Below, in pieces: positions 34,047-46,212 of a stretch of 64,000 nt of DNA. The stretch spans positions 254,884,001 to 254,948,000 of the forward strand of contig NC_086097.1 in NCBI RefSeq assembly GCF_963921235.1. The letters are read 5' to 3'. Positions within the stretch are counted from its first letter, which is position 1; the number at the start of each line of letters is the position of its first letter. A program made the position numbers and the translations under genes. Source of the stretch: Mobula hypostoma (taxonomy: Eukaryota). Below the pieces are notes generated by a model. The model did not search any database. It was given only the letters and a program-made list of their open reading frames with translations, and was not told where the DNA came from.

Positions 34047-36949
34047 GAGAGCACCTGAAGGCTTTATGTGTCAATGCAAGGAGTATTTGTAATAAGGTGG
34101 ATGAATTGAAAGTGCAGATTGTTATTAATGATTATGATATAGTTGGGATCACAGAGACATGGCTCCAGGGTGACCAGGGATGGGAGCTCAACGTTCAGGG
34201 ATATTCAATATTCAGGAGGGATAGACATGAAGGAAGGGGAGGTGGGGTGGCGTTGCTGGTTAAAGAAGAGATTAACGCAATAGAAAGGAAGGGCATAAGA
34301 TGAGAAGATGTGGAATCGATATGGGTAGAGCTGCGTAACACTAAGGGGCAGAAGACGCTGGTGGGAGTTGTGTACAACAGTAGTAGTGAGGTCGGAGATG
34401 GTATTAAACAGGAAATTAGAAATGTGTGCAATAAAGGAACAGCAGTTATAATGGGTGACTTCAATCTACATGTAGATTGGGTGAACCAAATTGGTAAAGT
34501 TGCTGAGGAAGAGGATTTCTTGGAATGTATGCAGGATGGTTTTTTGAACCAACATGTCGAGGAACCAACTAGAGAGCAGGCTATTCTAGACTGGGTTTTG
34601 AGCAATGAGGAAGGGTTAATTAGCGATCTTGTCGTGAGAGGCCCCTTGCGCAAGAGTGACCATAATATGGTGGAATTCTTCATTAAGATGAAGAGTGACA
34701 TAGTTAATTCAGAAACAAAGGTTCTGAACTTAAAGAGGGGTAACTTTGAAGGTATGAGAAGTGAATTAGCTAAGATACACTGGCAAATGACACTTAAAGG
34801 ATTGACGGTGGATATGCAATGGCAAGCATTTAAAGGTTGCATGGATGAACTACAACAATTGTTCATCCCAGTTTGGCAAAAGAATAAATCAAGGAAGGTA
34901 GTGCACCCGTGGCTGATAAGAGAAATTAGGGATAGTATCAATTCCAAAGAAGAAGCATACAAATTAGCCAGAGAAAGTGGCTCACCTGAGGACTGGGAGA
35001 AATTCAGAGTTCAGCAGAGGAGAACAAAGGGCTTAATTAGGAAGGGGAAAAAAGATTATGAGAGAAAACTGGCAGGGAACATAAAAACGGACTGTAAAGG
35101 CTTTTATAGATATGTAAAAAGGAAAAGACTGGTAAAGACAAATGTAGGTCCCCTGCAGACAGAAACAGGTGAATTGATTATGGGGAGCAAGGACATGGCA
35201 GACCAATTGAATAATTACTTTGGTTCTGTCTTCACTAAGGAGGACGTAAATAATCTTCCAGAAATAGTAGGGGACAGAGGGTCCAGTGAGATGGAGGAAC
35301 TGAGCGAAATACATGTTAGTAGGGAAGTGGTGTTAGGTAAATTGAAGGGATTAAAGGCAGATAAATCCCCAGGGCCAGATGGTCTGCATCCTAGAGTGCT
35401 TAAGGAAGTAGCCCAAGAAATAGTGGATGCATTAGTGAAAATTTTTCAAAACTCGTTAGATTCTGGACTAGTTCCTGAGGATTGGAGGGTGGCTAATGTA
35501 ACTCCACTTTTTAAAAAAGGAGGGAGAGAGAAACCGGGGAATTATAGACCGGTTAGCCTAACGTCGGTGGTGGGGAAGCTGCTGGAGTCAGTTATCAAGG
35601 ATGTGATAACAGCACATTTGGAAAGCGGTGAAATGATCGGACAAAGTCAGCATGGATTTGTGAAAGGAAAATCATGTCTGACGAATCTCATAGAATTTTT
35701 TGAGGATGTAACTAGTAGGGTGGATAGGGGAGAACCAGTGGATGTGGTATATTTGGATTTTCAAAAGGCTTTTGACAAGGTCCCACACAGGAGATTAGTG
35801 TGCAAACTTAAAGCACACGGTATTGGGGGTAAGGTATTGGTGTGGGTGGAGAATTGGTTAGCAGACAGGAAGCAAAGAGTGGGAATAAACGGGACCTTTT
35901 CAGAATGGCAGGCGGTGACTAGTGGGGTACCGCAAGGCTCAGTGCTGGGACCCCAGTTGTTTACAATATATATTAATGACTTGGATGAGGGAATTAAATG
36001 CAGCATCTCCAAGTTTGCGGATGACACGAAGCTGGGTGGCAGTGTTAGCTGTGAGGAGGATGCTAAGAGGATGCAGGGTGACTTGGATAGGTTGGGTGAG
36101 TGGGCAAATTCATGGCAGATGCAATTTAATGTGGATAAATGTGAAGTTATCCACTTTGGTGACAAAAATAGGAAAACAGATTATTATCTGAATGGTGGCC
36201 GATTAGGAAAATGGGAGGTGCAACGAGACCTGGGTGTCATTATACACCAGTCATTGAAAGTGGGCATGCAGGTACAGCAGGCGGTGAAAAAGGCGAATGG
36301 TATGCTGGCATTTATAGCGAGAGGATTCGAGTACAGGAGCAGGGAGGTACTACTGCATTTGTACAAGGCCTTGGTGAGACCACACCTGGAGTATTGTGTG
36401 CAGTTTTGGTCCCCTAATCTGAGGAAAGACACCCTTGCCATAGAGGGAGTACAAAGAAGGTTCACCAGATTGATTCCTGGCATGGCAGGACTTTCATATG
36501 AAGAAAGACTGGATGAACTGGGCTTGTACTCGTTGGAATTTAGAAGATTGAGGGGGGATCTGATTGAAACGTATAAGATCCTAAAGGGATTGGACAGTCT
36601 AGATGCAGGAAGATTGTTACCGATGTTGGGGAAGTCCAGAACGAGGGGCCACAGTTTGAGGATAGAGGGGAAGCCTTTTAGGACCGAGATTAGGAAAAAC
36701 TTCTTCACACAGAGAGTGGTGAATCTGTGGAATTCTCTGCCACAGGTAACAGTTGAGGCCAGTTCATTGGCTATATTTAAGAGGGAGTTAGATATGGCCC
36801 TTGTGGCTACGGGGGTCAGGGTGTATGGAGGGAAGGCTGGGGCGGGGATCTGAGTTGGAGGATCAGCCATGATCATAATAAATGGCGGTGCAGGCTCGAA
36901 GGGCCGAATGACCTACTCCTGCACCTATTTTCTATGTTTCTATGTTTCT
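34047..36949 (+). mobile_element. Young CR1 LINE (family A) spanning nearly all of ORF2
   Basis: Begins at the start of the APE domain (LKALCVNARSI), runs through RT to a (TTTCTATG)n tail; inserted in the SINE-like element. Confidence 0.96.
34310..36853 (+). CDS. CR1 ORF2 (APE endonuclease and RT), 847 aa open; upstream part separated by one in-frame TGA at 34301-34303
   Basis: MGDFN, LDWVL and SDH endonuclease motifs plus RT motifs including FADD; 34049-34300 is in the same frame. Confidence 0.9.
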   Translation: MESIWVELRNTKGQKTLVGVVYNSSSEVGDGIKQEIRNVCNKGTAVIMGDFNLHVDWVNQIGKVAEEEDFLECMQDGFLNQHVEEPTREQAILDWVLSNEEGLISDLVVRGPLRKSDHNMVEFFIKMKSDIVNSETKVLNLKRGNFEGMRSELAKIHWQMTLKGLTVDMQWQAFKGCMDELQQLFIPVWQKNKSRKVVHPWLIREIRDSINSKEEAYKLARESGSPEDWEKFRVQQRRTKGLIRKGKKDYERKLAGNIKTDCKGFYRYVKRKRLVKTNVGPLQTETGELIMGSKDMADQLNNYFGSVFTKEDVNNLPEIVGDRGSSEMEELSEIHVSREVVLGKLKGLKADKSPGPDGLHPRVLKEVAQEIVDALVKIFQNSLDSGLVPEDWRVANVTPLFKKGGREKPGNYRPVSLTSVVGKLLESVIKDVITAHLESGEMIGQSQHGFVKGKSCLTNLIEFFEDVTSRVDRGEPVDVVYLDFQKAFDKVPHRRLVCKLKAHGIGGKVLVWVENWLADRKQRVGINGTFSEWQAVTSGVPQGSVLGPQLFTIYINDLDEGIKCSISKFADDTKLGGSVSCEEDAKRMQGDLDRLGEWANSWQMQFNVDKCEVIHFGDKNRKTDYYLNGGRLGKWEVQRDLGVIIHQSLKVGMQVQQAVKKANGMLAFIARGFEYRSREVLLHLYKALVRPHLEYCVQFWSPNLRKDTLAIEGVQRRFTRLIPGMAGLSYEERLDELGLYSLEFRRLRGDLIETYKILKGLDSLDAGRLLPMLGKSRTRGHSLRIEGKPFRTEIRKNFFTQRVVNLWNSLPQVTVEASSLAIFKRELDMALVATGVRVYGGKAGAGI

Positions 36950-37933
36950 ATCTCTGCCGAGCGCATCGACCCAGGCCCCGGCCGCCAAGCAACAGGCAAA
37001 GCGGAGGATTCGGGGCATTTCCCTCCGGAGATTTCCGAACACACAGTAGCAGCGGCAGCGAGGCAGGCATTACAGAAGGTTCATCAGATGTTCCTCCGTG
37101 CTCTCACGTCTGCCGCCATCAAATCAGAATTGTGCACGGCCTCCTACTTGACAGGTGACAGATATTCATCACCAGAGAGGCCGCGCGTAGCAAGTGTACC
37201 GAGGAAGAGACCGACATAAAGGCCCAGATGGAACATCGGTGACCTCTTCGTTGGAAGACATTTAGCAATCAGTCTAGGTTGGGTGCTTCAAAATTGTACG
37301 ACCAAGGGATGTCAGAATCTGAATTTTGGGGCATCGTTGGAGGGCACCGTTGAAAGCGAAGGCAGCTGACGACATTATTACCGGCCTTATGTCGTTTCCA
37401 TATATCCGCTGAGGTGTAATTTGGCTCAACTAATGTGGTGGCACAAGTCGGAAGAAAAATCTTCATATTTCTGCAAGAGCTTTGAAGTGGGAGCCTTGAA
37501 ACAGAAGAGGAAGATCTGCGTTAAGTGTACAGGAGCATGAAATTGGAGCGCCCTGCAGAAGCGAGCTCTTGGAACAGCTGGTTTGCAGTGTGCGTATGTC
37601 TGCAGTGTGTTGTCCCTCCTATCATCGTCCAGGAGAGAGGCAAATCGCCGAGTGATGATGAAATTCAGAGATTGAGCTTTTGAGCTGATTTGTCATTTGG
37701 CTGTAATTTTCCAAAAGTGTCGGAAAATGCGGCAACGAAATAGACAGGAATGGCAATCCGAGAATGCTCTCTTTGATAGCAGTGTAGATTTCCAGCGGAA
37801 TGTTTAGTCGTAGATGGAGTTTTACAATCTGCCGGAAGAAATGGATGACGCGGCCATCTCCTTGGTTCATGAAGAATATCTGCTTGTGACACATGAGTTC
37901 CCGCCGGGCCGTAATAATACAGGAAAGGTGAAT

Positions 37934-38089
37934 AAAACATAGAAACATAGAAAGCAGATCCAGGAGTAGGCCTTTCGGCCCTTCGAGCCTGCTCCGCCAT
38001 TCAGTATGATCATGGCTGATCATCCAACTCAGAACCCTTTACCTGCCTTCTCTCCATACCCACTGATTCCCTTAGCAACAAGGGCCATT
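37934..38089 (-). mobile_element. CR1 family A 3' end (third copy of the 4022 insertion), interrupted by L1
   Basis: Same GGTGAAT junction and same diagnostic 3'UTR as 4022 and 16475. Confidence 0.88.
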
Positions 38090-38596
38090 CGGTCGCGGAG
38101 ATCCAATTTGAGAGTGGTCGGCATTCCTGAAAATTTGGAAGGTTCGGACCCTATTAAATTTATGACCGAGTTTTTTGACGAAGTGCTGGGGGCAGATTTT
38201 TTCCCAAGTCCTCTCGTACTTTCGCGTGCTCACCGAGTCGGACATAAACCATCCGGTGTCTCTGGAGCCAAGCAAACGAGACCAAGAACGTTCCTGGTTT
38301 GCTTTCACTCCTTTCATGATAAGCAACGCATCATCAACAGACGGAAGCACGAGCTGTATTTCCGCGGACACCGCGTGTTTTTTTATGAAGATTTTAGTGC
38401 GGAGCTGGGTAAAAAACGAGCAGCTTTCAAGGAGGTGAAATCCCTGCTTTACGGGAAAGGGGTCAGGTTTGGCCTCTTGTATCCCGCCCAGCTCCGGGTC
38501 ATGCATGAAGGTAAAAAGCATTATTTCGATACACCAGAGGCGGCCAAAGAGTTTTACCATTCGCGCTGGGGAGAAGGAGAACGACAAGAGCAATGA
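38090..38596 (+). pseudogene. L1 ORF1 C-terminal part (RRM and CTD)
   Basis: NLRVVGIPE, RAHR, FYEDFS and LLYPAQL motifs typical of L1 ORF1p. Confidence 0.88.
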
Positions 38597-39216
38597 CTTT
38601 TTTTTAGGTTATTCGTGCAGCATTGAAGGGGCCTCATGCCGAAGCAAACTGTTAATTTTCACAATCCACTTCTTTGTTCACTTTTTCCAGTTTAATTTGT
38701 GGAACGCGATCGGGTCGAACTGCTATGCTGCCGAAACTGATCAACAAAAACTTTCAACCAGCAAAATGTAAATATTTGGGATTTATATCTCGGGTGTTTA
38801 AGTTGCCCAGTGTGTGTTTTTTTTTTGTTTTTAATGCTTAGCTTGACCTGTGTTATCTTTAGCTTATATGTTATATTAAAGGTAGTATAAGTTATAGGAT
38901 AAATTTTAAGGAGGGGAGCCACCCTAGATTAGATTGAAAGTTGGGTTGTATGGGGAACGTCTTGGAAGTTTTTTGTTGGGTACTGCCTGCGATCATCCTC
39001 AATTGGGGAGGTAGATCTAAGCTTCGGGGGTTAATTGGGTTTTTTTTGTTTGTGTAAAGGGGTGGGGGGAGTGTTTTGGGGGATTACCATGGCAGTTTAT
39101 TCTTTTGTGTGTTACGGATTGATCAGACTTTCTTTTTATTGTGCGTTATTGTGTGCAACTTATACCCTCGCACTGTTTTGGATTGTAGGCCCTGTGTGTC
39201 TTTTGATATAGTTAAC

Positions 39217-42200
39217 ATGAGTGCAGCTGATGGAGGCCACCCTGTGAGGTTTATTTCTTGGAATGTAAAGGGGCTCAATGGTCCGGTTAAAAGAGCTAAA
39301 GTTTTCTCTCATCTGAAACAATTAAAAGCAGATATACTATTTCTACAAGAGACACATTTAAGAGTGGAGGACCATAATAGACTTCGTAAAGCATGGATTA
39401 GTCAGGTTTTTCATTCCAGATTTAATAGTAGGTCCAGGGGGTGGCAATATTAATCACCAAAAGAATGCAGTTCACACCATCTGATGTAATCAGTGACCCT
39501 AATGTCGCTTTATTATAGTCTCTGGCTCTCTCTTTCAGATACCTGTTATTTTGGTAAATGTTTATGCTCCTAATTGGGACGATGTCCAATTTGCAAATAG
39601 GGTTTTGTCATTAATACCTAACCTGAATACACATTCCGGAGATTTGAACTGTGCTATTGACCCACTGCTTGATAGGTCTTGCCCTAGGGGAACATTTTCT
39701 GGTATGGCAAAGGCCTTCTCGATGTTTATGCAACAAAATGGTTATATGGATCCTTGGAGATTTTTGAATCCATCAGTTAGACAATTCTCTTTCTTCTCTC
39801 ATGTTCACCACTCCTATTCCAGGCTAGACTATTTCTTTATAGATAATTCCTTGATACCTATGATTAGACAAATTGAATACACTGCTATAGTTATATCTGA
39901 TCACTCGCCCGTGAAACTGGACCTATGTTTTCCTTTAAACGTTAGAGAACGGCCTCTGTGGAGACTTAACCCCCTTTTGCTTTCTAATGAGAAATTTTGT
40001 AGTTATATATCGGCTAACATTGACACATTCTTCGAGACTAACAAAACTGAGTCGGTATCGTACTCTTTACTTTGGGAAACTTTAAAAGCTTACTTGAGGG
40101 GTCAAATAATATCTTATACTTCACATGCCAATAAAGAGTATAGGAAGGAAATGCAAGTGTTATTGAAATCTATTTGGGACCTGGATAGAAAATACTCTGA
40201 GGCACCCACTGCGGAATTATATAAAAGCCGGGTTGATTTGCAAGCGAAGTTTAATCTTCTATCTACAAACCTATCAGAACAATTAATTCTTAAGACACGT
40301 GGCCTCTATTATGAATATGGTGACAAGGCGAGCCGGCTTATGGCTCATCAGTTGAAGCGTCAAGCTGCATCACGACTTATTCCTCAGGTAAGAGACATGC
40401 ACCAGAACTTGACAAGCAATCCAAAAGAGATTAATAACATCTTTGCACTTTTTATTCCTCTCTGTATGCCTCAGAGTTCTCCTCAGATAAAACAAATATG
40501 GAACGTTTTTTAGATAATTTGGAAATACCAACTCTTGAACCAGAGGAAGTGGAGAACCTAGATCGGGCTCTTGGGCAGGAAGAGATTAATAATGCCATTA
40601 TGGCGATGCAGTGTGGTAAGTCCCCAGGTCCTGATGGTTATCCAATAGAATTTTATAGGAAATTTAAGGATAAGCTCACACCGGTCCCTCCAGAAGTGTT
40701 TCAGGAATCTTTGGAGAATGGCTCCTTACCCCCTTCTCTTTCACAGGCAGCTATTTCACTACTTCTTAAAAAGGACAAGGACCCGACTCAATGTGGATCA
40801 TATCGCCCCATTTCACTTTTGAATGTAGATGTGAAAATTTTGGCTAAAGTGCTTGCATGTCGTTTAGAACATCCCCTTCCCAAGATAATTTCAGATGATC
40901 AAACAGGTTTTATTAAAAATCGCTATTCTTTTTTTAATATCCGTCGAGTGGCTGATGTGGTTTATTCACTGAGTGATTCTCCAAGTCCAGAGGTTGTTAT
41001 CGCCTTGGACGCGGAGAAGGCATTTGATAGAGTGGAATGGGTATACTTATTTAGTGTTTTGGAGAAATTTGAATTTGGCAGAATATTTATAGCTTGGGTT
41101 AAGCTATTATACCACTCGCCTTCAGCGTGTATACAGACAAATTATTTTCGGTCTGGCTATTTCCCATTAACACGTGGCACTCGCCAAGGCTGTCCACTGT
41201 CCCCTCTTCTTTTTGCAATTGCAATTGAGCCTCTTTCTATTGCAATTAAGTCAACTACATTATTTCAAGGTGTTAGAAGAGGGGACATGGAACACCGTGT
41301 TTCCCTATATGCTGATGACCTCTTACTTTATGTTAGCGACCCTATAGGTAGTAGTCCTGCTATTGTGTCATTATTAGGTCAATTTGGAGCCTTCTCTGGC
41401 TATAAACTGAACTTTCAAAAAAGCAAATGCTTTCCCATTAATAACTTGGCCCTACAGATCCGACAGGAATCCTTGCCCTTTCCATTATCTCAAGATGGTT
41501 TTGTATACCTAGGAATACATATTACTCGCTCTTTTACATCTCTGTTTGAAGCTAACTACAGGCCTCAGGTTAGCCAAATGAAGGCTGATTTCGAGAGATG
41601 GCGCAGTTTACCCCTTACTATAGCTGGGAGAATTCAGTCAGTGAAAATGACTATACTTCCTAGATTTCTCTATTTGTTTCAGTGTTTGCCAGTTTTCTTA
41701 TCTAAGTTATTTTTTAAATCAGTTGATCAAGCTATAACCTCCTTTATTTGGGAAAATAAGGTCCCAAGGGTTAATAAGCACATTCTTCAAAGAGGTCGTG
41801 ACATAGGTGGAATGGGTCTTCCTAGCTTTATTCATTATTACTGGGCATCGAACATTCAAAAAGTATTATTTGGCTTCACCGGCCAGATATAATCTGGTGC
41901 CTGCTTGAGTCACGATCTTGCCACTCCTCGTCTCTCCCAGCTTTGGTGTATTCTTCCTTACCATTGAAATTCTCTCAATTCACATCTAACCCGGTCGTGC
42001 TCTCCACCCTCAAAATTTTTAATCAATTTCGCTGCCACTATAAGTTCATATCAGCTTCAGTTTTGGGCCCCATTCATAAAAACCATTTATTTCCTCCCTC
42101 CACATTCGATTCAGCTTTTAGACAATGGGGTTTGAATGGTCCTATGCGCATTAAGGATTTGTATACTGATAACATATTTGATAGTTTTGATAACCTGCGC

Positions 42201-42990
42201 GGTAAGTATGGCCTTCCGCATAATCATTTTTTAAAATACCTGCAGATTCGCCACTTTGTCAAGGAAAAATTTCCCTCTTTTCCTGTTCTACCACCTGCTA
42301 TGTTATGGGAAAAATTCACTCTTAGCTTTAACAATAAGGGGCTGATTTCTGAACTATACTCTCAGCTGATGTCTTTGGGAGTTCAAGATCTAAACAAAAC
42401 TAAGAGTAGGTGGGAGGATGACCTCGGTATAGACCTTGCGGAAGAATATTGGGCAAAAGTATTGAATAGGGTTCATTTTTCATCATCATGTGCTAGACTG
42501 GGGCTCATACAATTCAAAGTTTTACACAGGGTACATTCAAGTAAAGCCAGACTGGCAGACATATACCCTGGGACAGACGCTGGCTGTGACAGGTGTTCCT
42601 TCCCTCCGGCTGGTTTAATACATGCATTTTGGTCATGCCCTCGACTTGATGACTATTGGGCACTGGTTTTTAAAATTATCAGTGAGGTTTTGGGGGTGAC
42701 ACTGAGACCTTGCCCGCTTATAGCTGTATTTGGTGTGGCAATGATGATTTGGGTTTAAATGCAAGCCAGTCGGATATCATTGCATTTACATCGCTATTCG
42801 CCCGTAGGAGAATTTTGCTGGTTTGGAAATCTGCCACTCCCCCAACTGCTGCTGCTTGGTTAGAAGATGTAATGTTTTTTTCTGAAATTAGAAAAGATTT
42901 AATTCACTTTGAGGGGGTCTGTGAAAAAGTTCTATTCGAAATGGGGACCTTTCTTATCATATTTTGGGAGTCTTAAGGAATTACCTACTA
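39217..42990 (+). pseudogene. L1 ORF2 (APE-RT-zinc knuckle) broken by several frameshifts; end approximate
   Basis: ISWNVKGLN and FLQETHL (39076 ORF), SRLDYF and ISDH (39551 ORF), YRPISLLN, GTRQGCPLSP and YADD (40498 ORF), C-terminus (41943 and 42710 ORFs). Confidence 0.9.
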
Positions 42991-43358
42991 GTTGAGGGCA
43001 TTTGATTGTACTTAGGAAGTTGCCTCCCATTTAACACACTTATAATTTACCTCACAGGCTGGTTGATGAATTGTAAATATGAGTGTATTTTGGATCATCT
43101 GACATGTTGCAGAGGTGTATGAGCTGTCGTATTGAAGTAGTGTGGGGGTACGGTTGTGAAATGTCCGTACTTGTATTTGTGAATTGTTGTGTTGTAGATA
43201 TATTAGCTGCCATGATATGTTCGGGGAGGGCGGGTGGGGGGGTGGTTTGTTTTGGGGGTACGATACTAAAGAAAAATGGAGGAAAATGTAATCCATCATA
43301 TATTCTGTATTGTGTCATTCCTTCAATAAAAATAAATTTTAAAAAAAGGAAAAAAAAA

Positions 43359-45121
43359 CTGCGCACAATACTCCAGGTGTGGTCTCACCAAGGCCTCGTA
43401 CTATTGCAGGAGGTACTACTGCAGTTGTACAAGGCCTTGGTGAGACCACACCTGCTCCTGAACTCGAATACTCTTGCTATGAAAGCCAACATGCCATTTG
43501 CCTTTTTCACTGCCTGCTGTACCTGCATGCCCACTTTCAATGACTGGTGTATAATGACACCCAGGTCTCTTTACACCTCCCCTTTTCCTAATCGGCCACC
43601 ATTCAGATAATAATCTGTTTTCCTGTTTTTGCCAACAAAGTGGGTAACCTCACATTTATCCACATTAAATTGCATCTGCCATGAATTTGCCCACTCACCT
43701 AACCTATCCATGTCATCCTGCATCTTCTTAGCATCCTCCTCACAGCTAACACTGCCGCCCAGCTTCGTGTCATCCGCAAACTTGGAGATGCTGCATTTAA
43801 TTCCCTCATCCAAGTCATTAATATATATTGTAAACAAATGGGGTCCCAGCACTGAACCTTTCGGTACCCCACTAGTCACTGCCTGCCATTCTGAAAAGGT
43901 CCCGTTTATTCCCACTCTTAGCTTCCTGCCTGCCAACAAATTCTCTATCCACATGAATACCATACCCCAATACCGTGTGCTTTAAATTTGCACACTAATC
44001 TCCTGTGTGGGACCTTGTCAAAAGCCTTTTGAATATCCAAATATACCACATCCACTGGTTCTCCCCTATCCACTCTACTAATTACATCATCAAAAAATTC
44101 TGTGAGATTCGTCAGACATGATTTTCCTTTCACAACCCCATGCTGACTTTGTCCGATGAGTTCGTTCCTTTCCAAATGTACTGTTATCAGATCTTTGAGA
44201 ACTGACTGTAGCATTTTCCCCACCACCGATGTTAGGCTAACCGGTCTATAATTCCCCGGTTTCTCTGTCCCTCATTTTATAAAAAGTGGGTTACATTAGC
44301 TACCCTCCAATCCTCAGCAACTAGTCCAGAATCTAAAGAGCTTTGAAAAATTATCACTAATGCATCCACTATTTCTTGGGCTACTTCCTTAAGCACTCTG
44401 GGATTCAGACTATCTGGCCGTAGGGATTTATCTGCCTTTAATTCCTTCAAGTTACCTAACAACACTTCCCTACTAACATGTATTTCCCTCAGTTAGTCCA
44501 TCTCACTGGATCCTCTGTCCCCTACTATTTCCGGAAGATTATTTATGTTCTCCTTAGTGAAGACAGAAGCAAAGTAATTATTCAATTGGTCTGCCATGTC
44601 CTTGCTCCCCATAATCAATTCACCTGTTTCTGTCTGTAGGGGACCTACATTTGTCTTCACCAATCTTTTTCTTTTCACATAGCTATAAAAGCTTTTACAG
44701 TCAGTTTTTACGTTCCCTGCCAGCTGTCTCTCATAATATTTTTTCCCTTTCCGAATTAAGCCCTTTGTCCTCTTCTGCTGGACTCTGAATTTCTCCCAGT
44801 CCTCAGGTGAGCCGCTTTTTCTGGCTAATTTGTATGTATCTTCTTTGGAATTGATACTATCCCTAATTTCCCTTGTCAGCCACGGGTGCACTACCTTCCC
44901 TGATTTATTCTTTTGCCAAACTGGGATGAACAATTGTTGTAGATCATCCATGCGATGTTTAAATGCTTGCCATTGCATATCCGCGGTCAACCCTTTAAAA
45001 GACATTTGCCAGTCTATCTTAGCTAATTCACGTCTCATACCTTCAAAGTTACCCTTCTTAAAGTTCAGAACCTTTGTTTCTGCATTAACTATGTCACTCT
45101 CCATCTCAATGATGAATTCCA
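43359..45121 (-). mobile_element. Remainder of the CR1 family A copy interrupted by L1
   Basis: Colinear with ~5058-6787; RT fragments. Confidence 0.9.
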
Positions 45122-45556
45122 ACACGGGACGGTTGCTAACAGTGGTGTTGTTGGTGATATGTGTGTGTTGACGGGCCAGATTTCAGCTGAGGTGAATATG
45201 CATGTTTACGGAAGCGACGCATTACACGGTAGGTTTCGGTGTCTCTGTGAGGAAGTGATTGTACGCTGAATGTTTGTCGCTACATTTAAGTGGAGATATT
45301 GATTCGAACTGCAATAACAATCGACTGTAAAAATAGACAGAAGGATAATTCTTTTCATGCGGGAGAATGAATTGTCGTTTGGGGACATGAAAGGTGACAG
45401 TGGCAGAGAGCGACCGTATGTGTGTCTGAGTGGTTGGTTGATGATTGAGTGAGTGTGTCTGTGTGTGAGCTGATGATTGTGCAACGGTGAGCAGCGGCAG
45501 GCATGCAATGGTGCTTGTGGCGCTGAGCAAATTACAGGAGGTGGGTCGGATGTGCT

Positions 45557-45629
45557 GGGGAATTAGCTCAAATGGTAGAGCGCTCGCTTAGCATGCGAGA
45601 GGCAGCGAGATCGATGCTCGCATTCTCCA
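45557..45629 (+). tRNA. tRNA-Ala(AGC) (U47C), probably intact
   Basis: All stems paired; TTTT terminator. Confidence 0.95.
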
Positions 45630-46126
45630 TTGACATTTTGTTTTCAGAGGCACTCGTCTCATCAAATTGCTCTGAAGTTTGGATGCAGAAAAGATAGGTG
45701 TGGCGGAGAGGGAGAGGAACGTGTCTCAGTCAAAGGAAAGGTGGAAATCTGCTGCCTTGAAAGCAGATATGAGGAAAAGCTAGCTGGCAGCTGATGTTTC
45801 AGTAATGCATGAGCTTCAGGCGAGCATTCAGACAGAAATCAGTTCAATGTTTAAAAGGAAATTGCCCTCGACACTGGGCAAAATGAGAAAGCTGAGTAGC
45901 CTTTGATTTTAACAAGCAAAGAAGATCAAAGAGCTGTGTTGGAGTCCCACCTAGAATTGTGATAAGCTCGGTGATGTGCATCATCCGGTCGCCGGTGGCC
46001 CCTAGTGCTGGAAGGACAAGATATTACAATTGGCAGGCTGTTGCCATCGGTCGACAGACGGTGGGTCAAAAATCTGCATAATCATTGTCGGTAGGAGCCA
46101 ACGTGGCGAAGCTTGGTGTCGCTTTT

Positions 46127-46212
46127 CCTTCGATAGCTCAGTTGGTAGAGCGGAGGACTGTAGAGGAAATGGAGTCATCCTTCGGTCGCTATTTCGAATC
46201 CGGCTCGAAGGA
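46127..46212 (+). pseudogene. tRNA-Tyr(GTA) with destroyed B box and T stem
   Basis: GCTATTTCGAATCC instead of GCTGGTTCGAATCC; also A44C. Confidence 0.88.

Larger units (their letters stand above)
38090..43358 (+). mobile_element. L1-clade LINE, 5'-truncated in ORF1, with frameshifted ORF2 and poly(A) tail
   Basis: ORF1 RSRRSNLRVVGIPE motif; ORF2 with APE, RT (YADD) and CX2C..HAFWSC zinc knuckle; AATAAA followed by an A-rich tail. Confidence 0.95.

Noticed and set aside
35761..36876. Long antisense ORFs over CR1 (MPPKWITSH..., MIMAD...)
   Set aside because: Shadow frames of CR1 ORF2 that recur wherever the element does.
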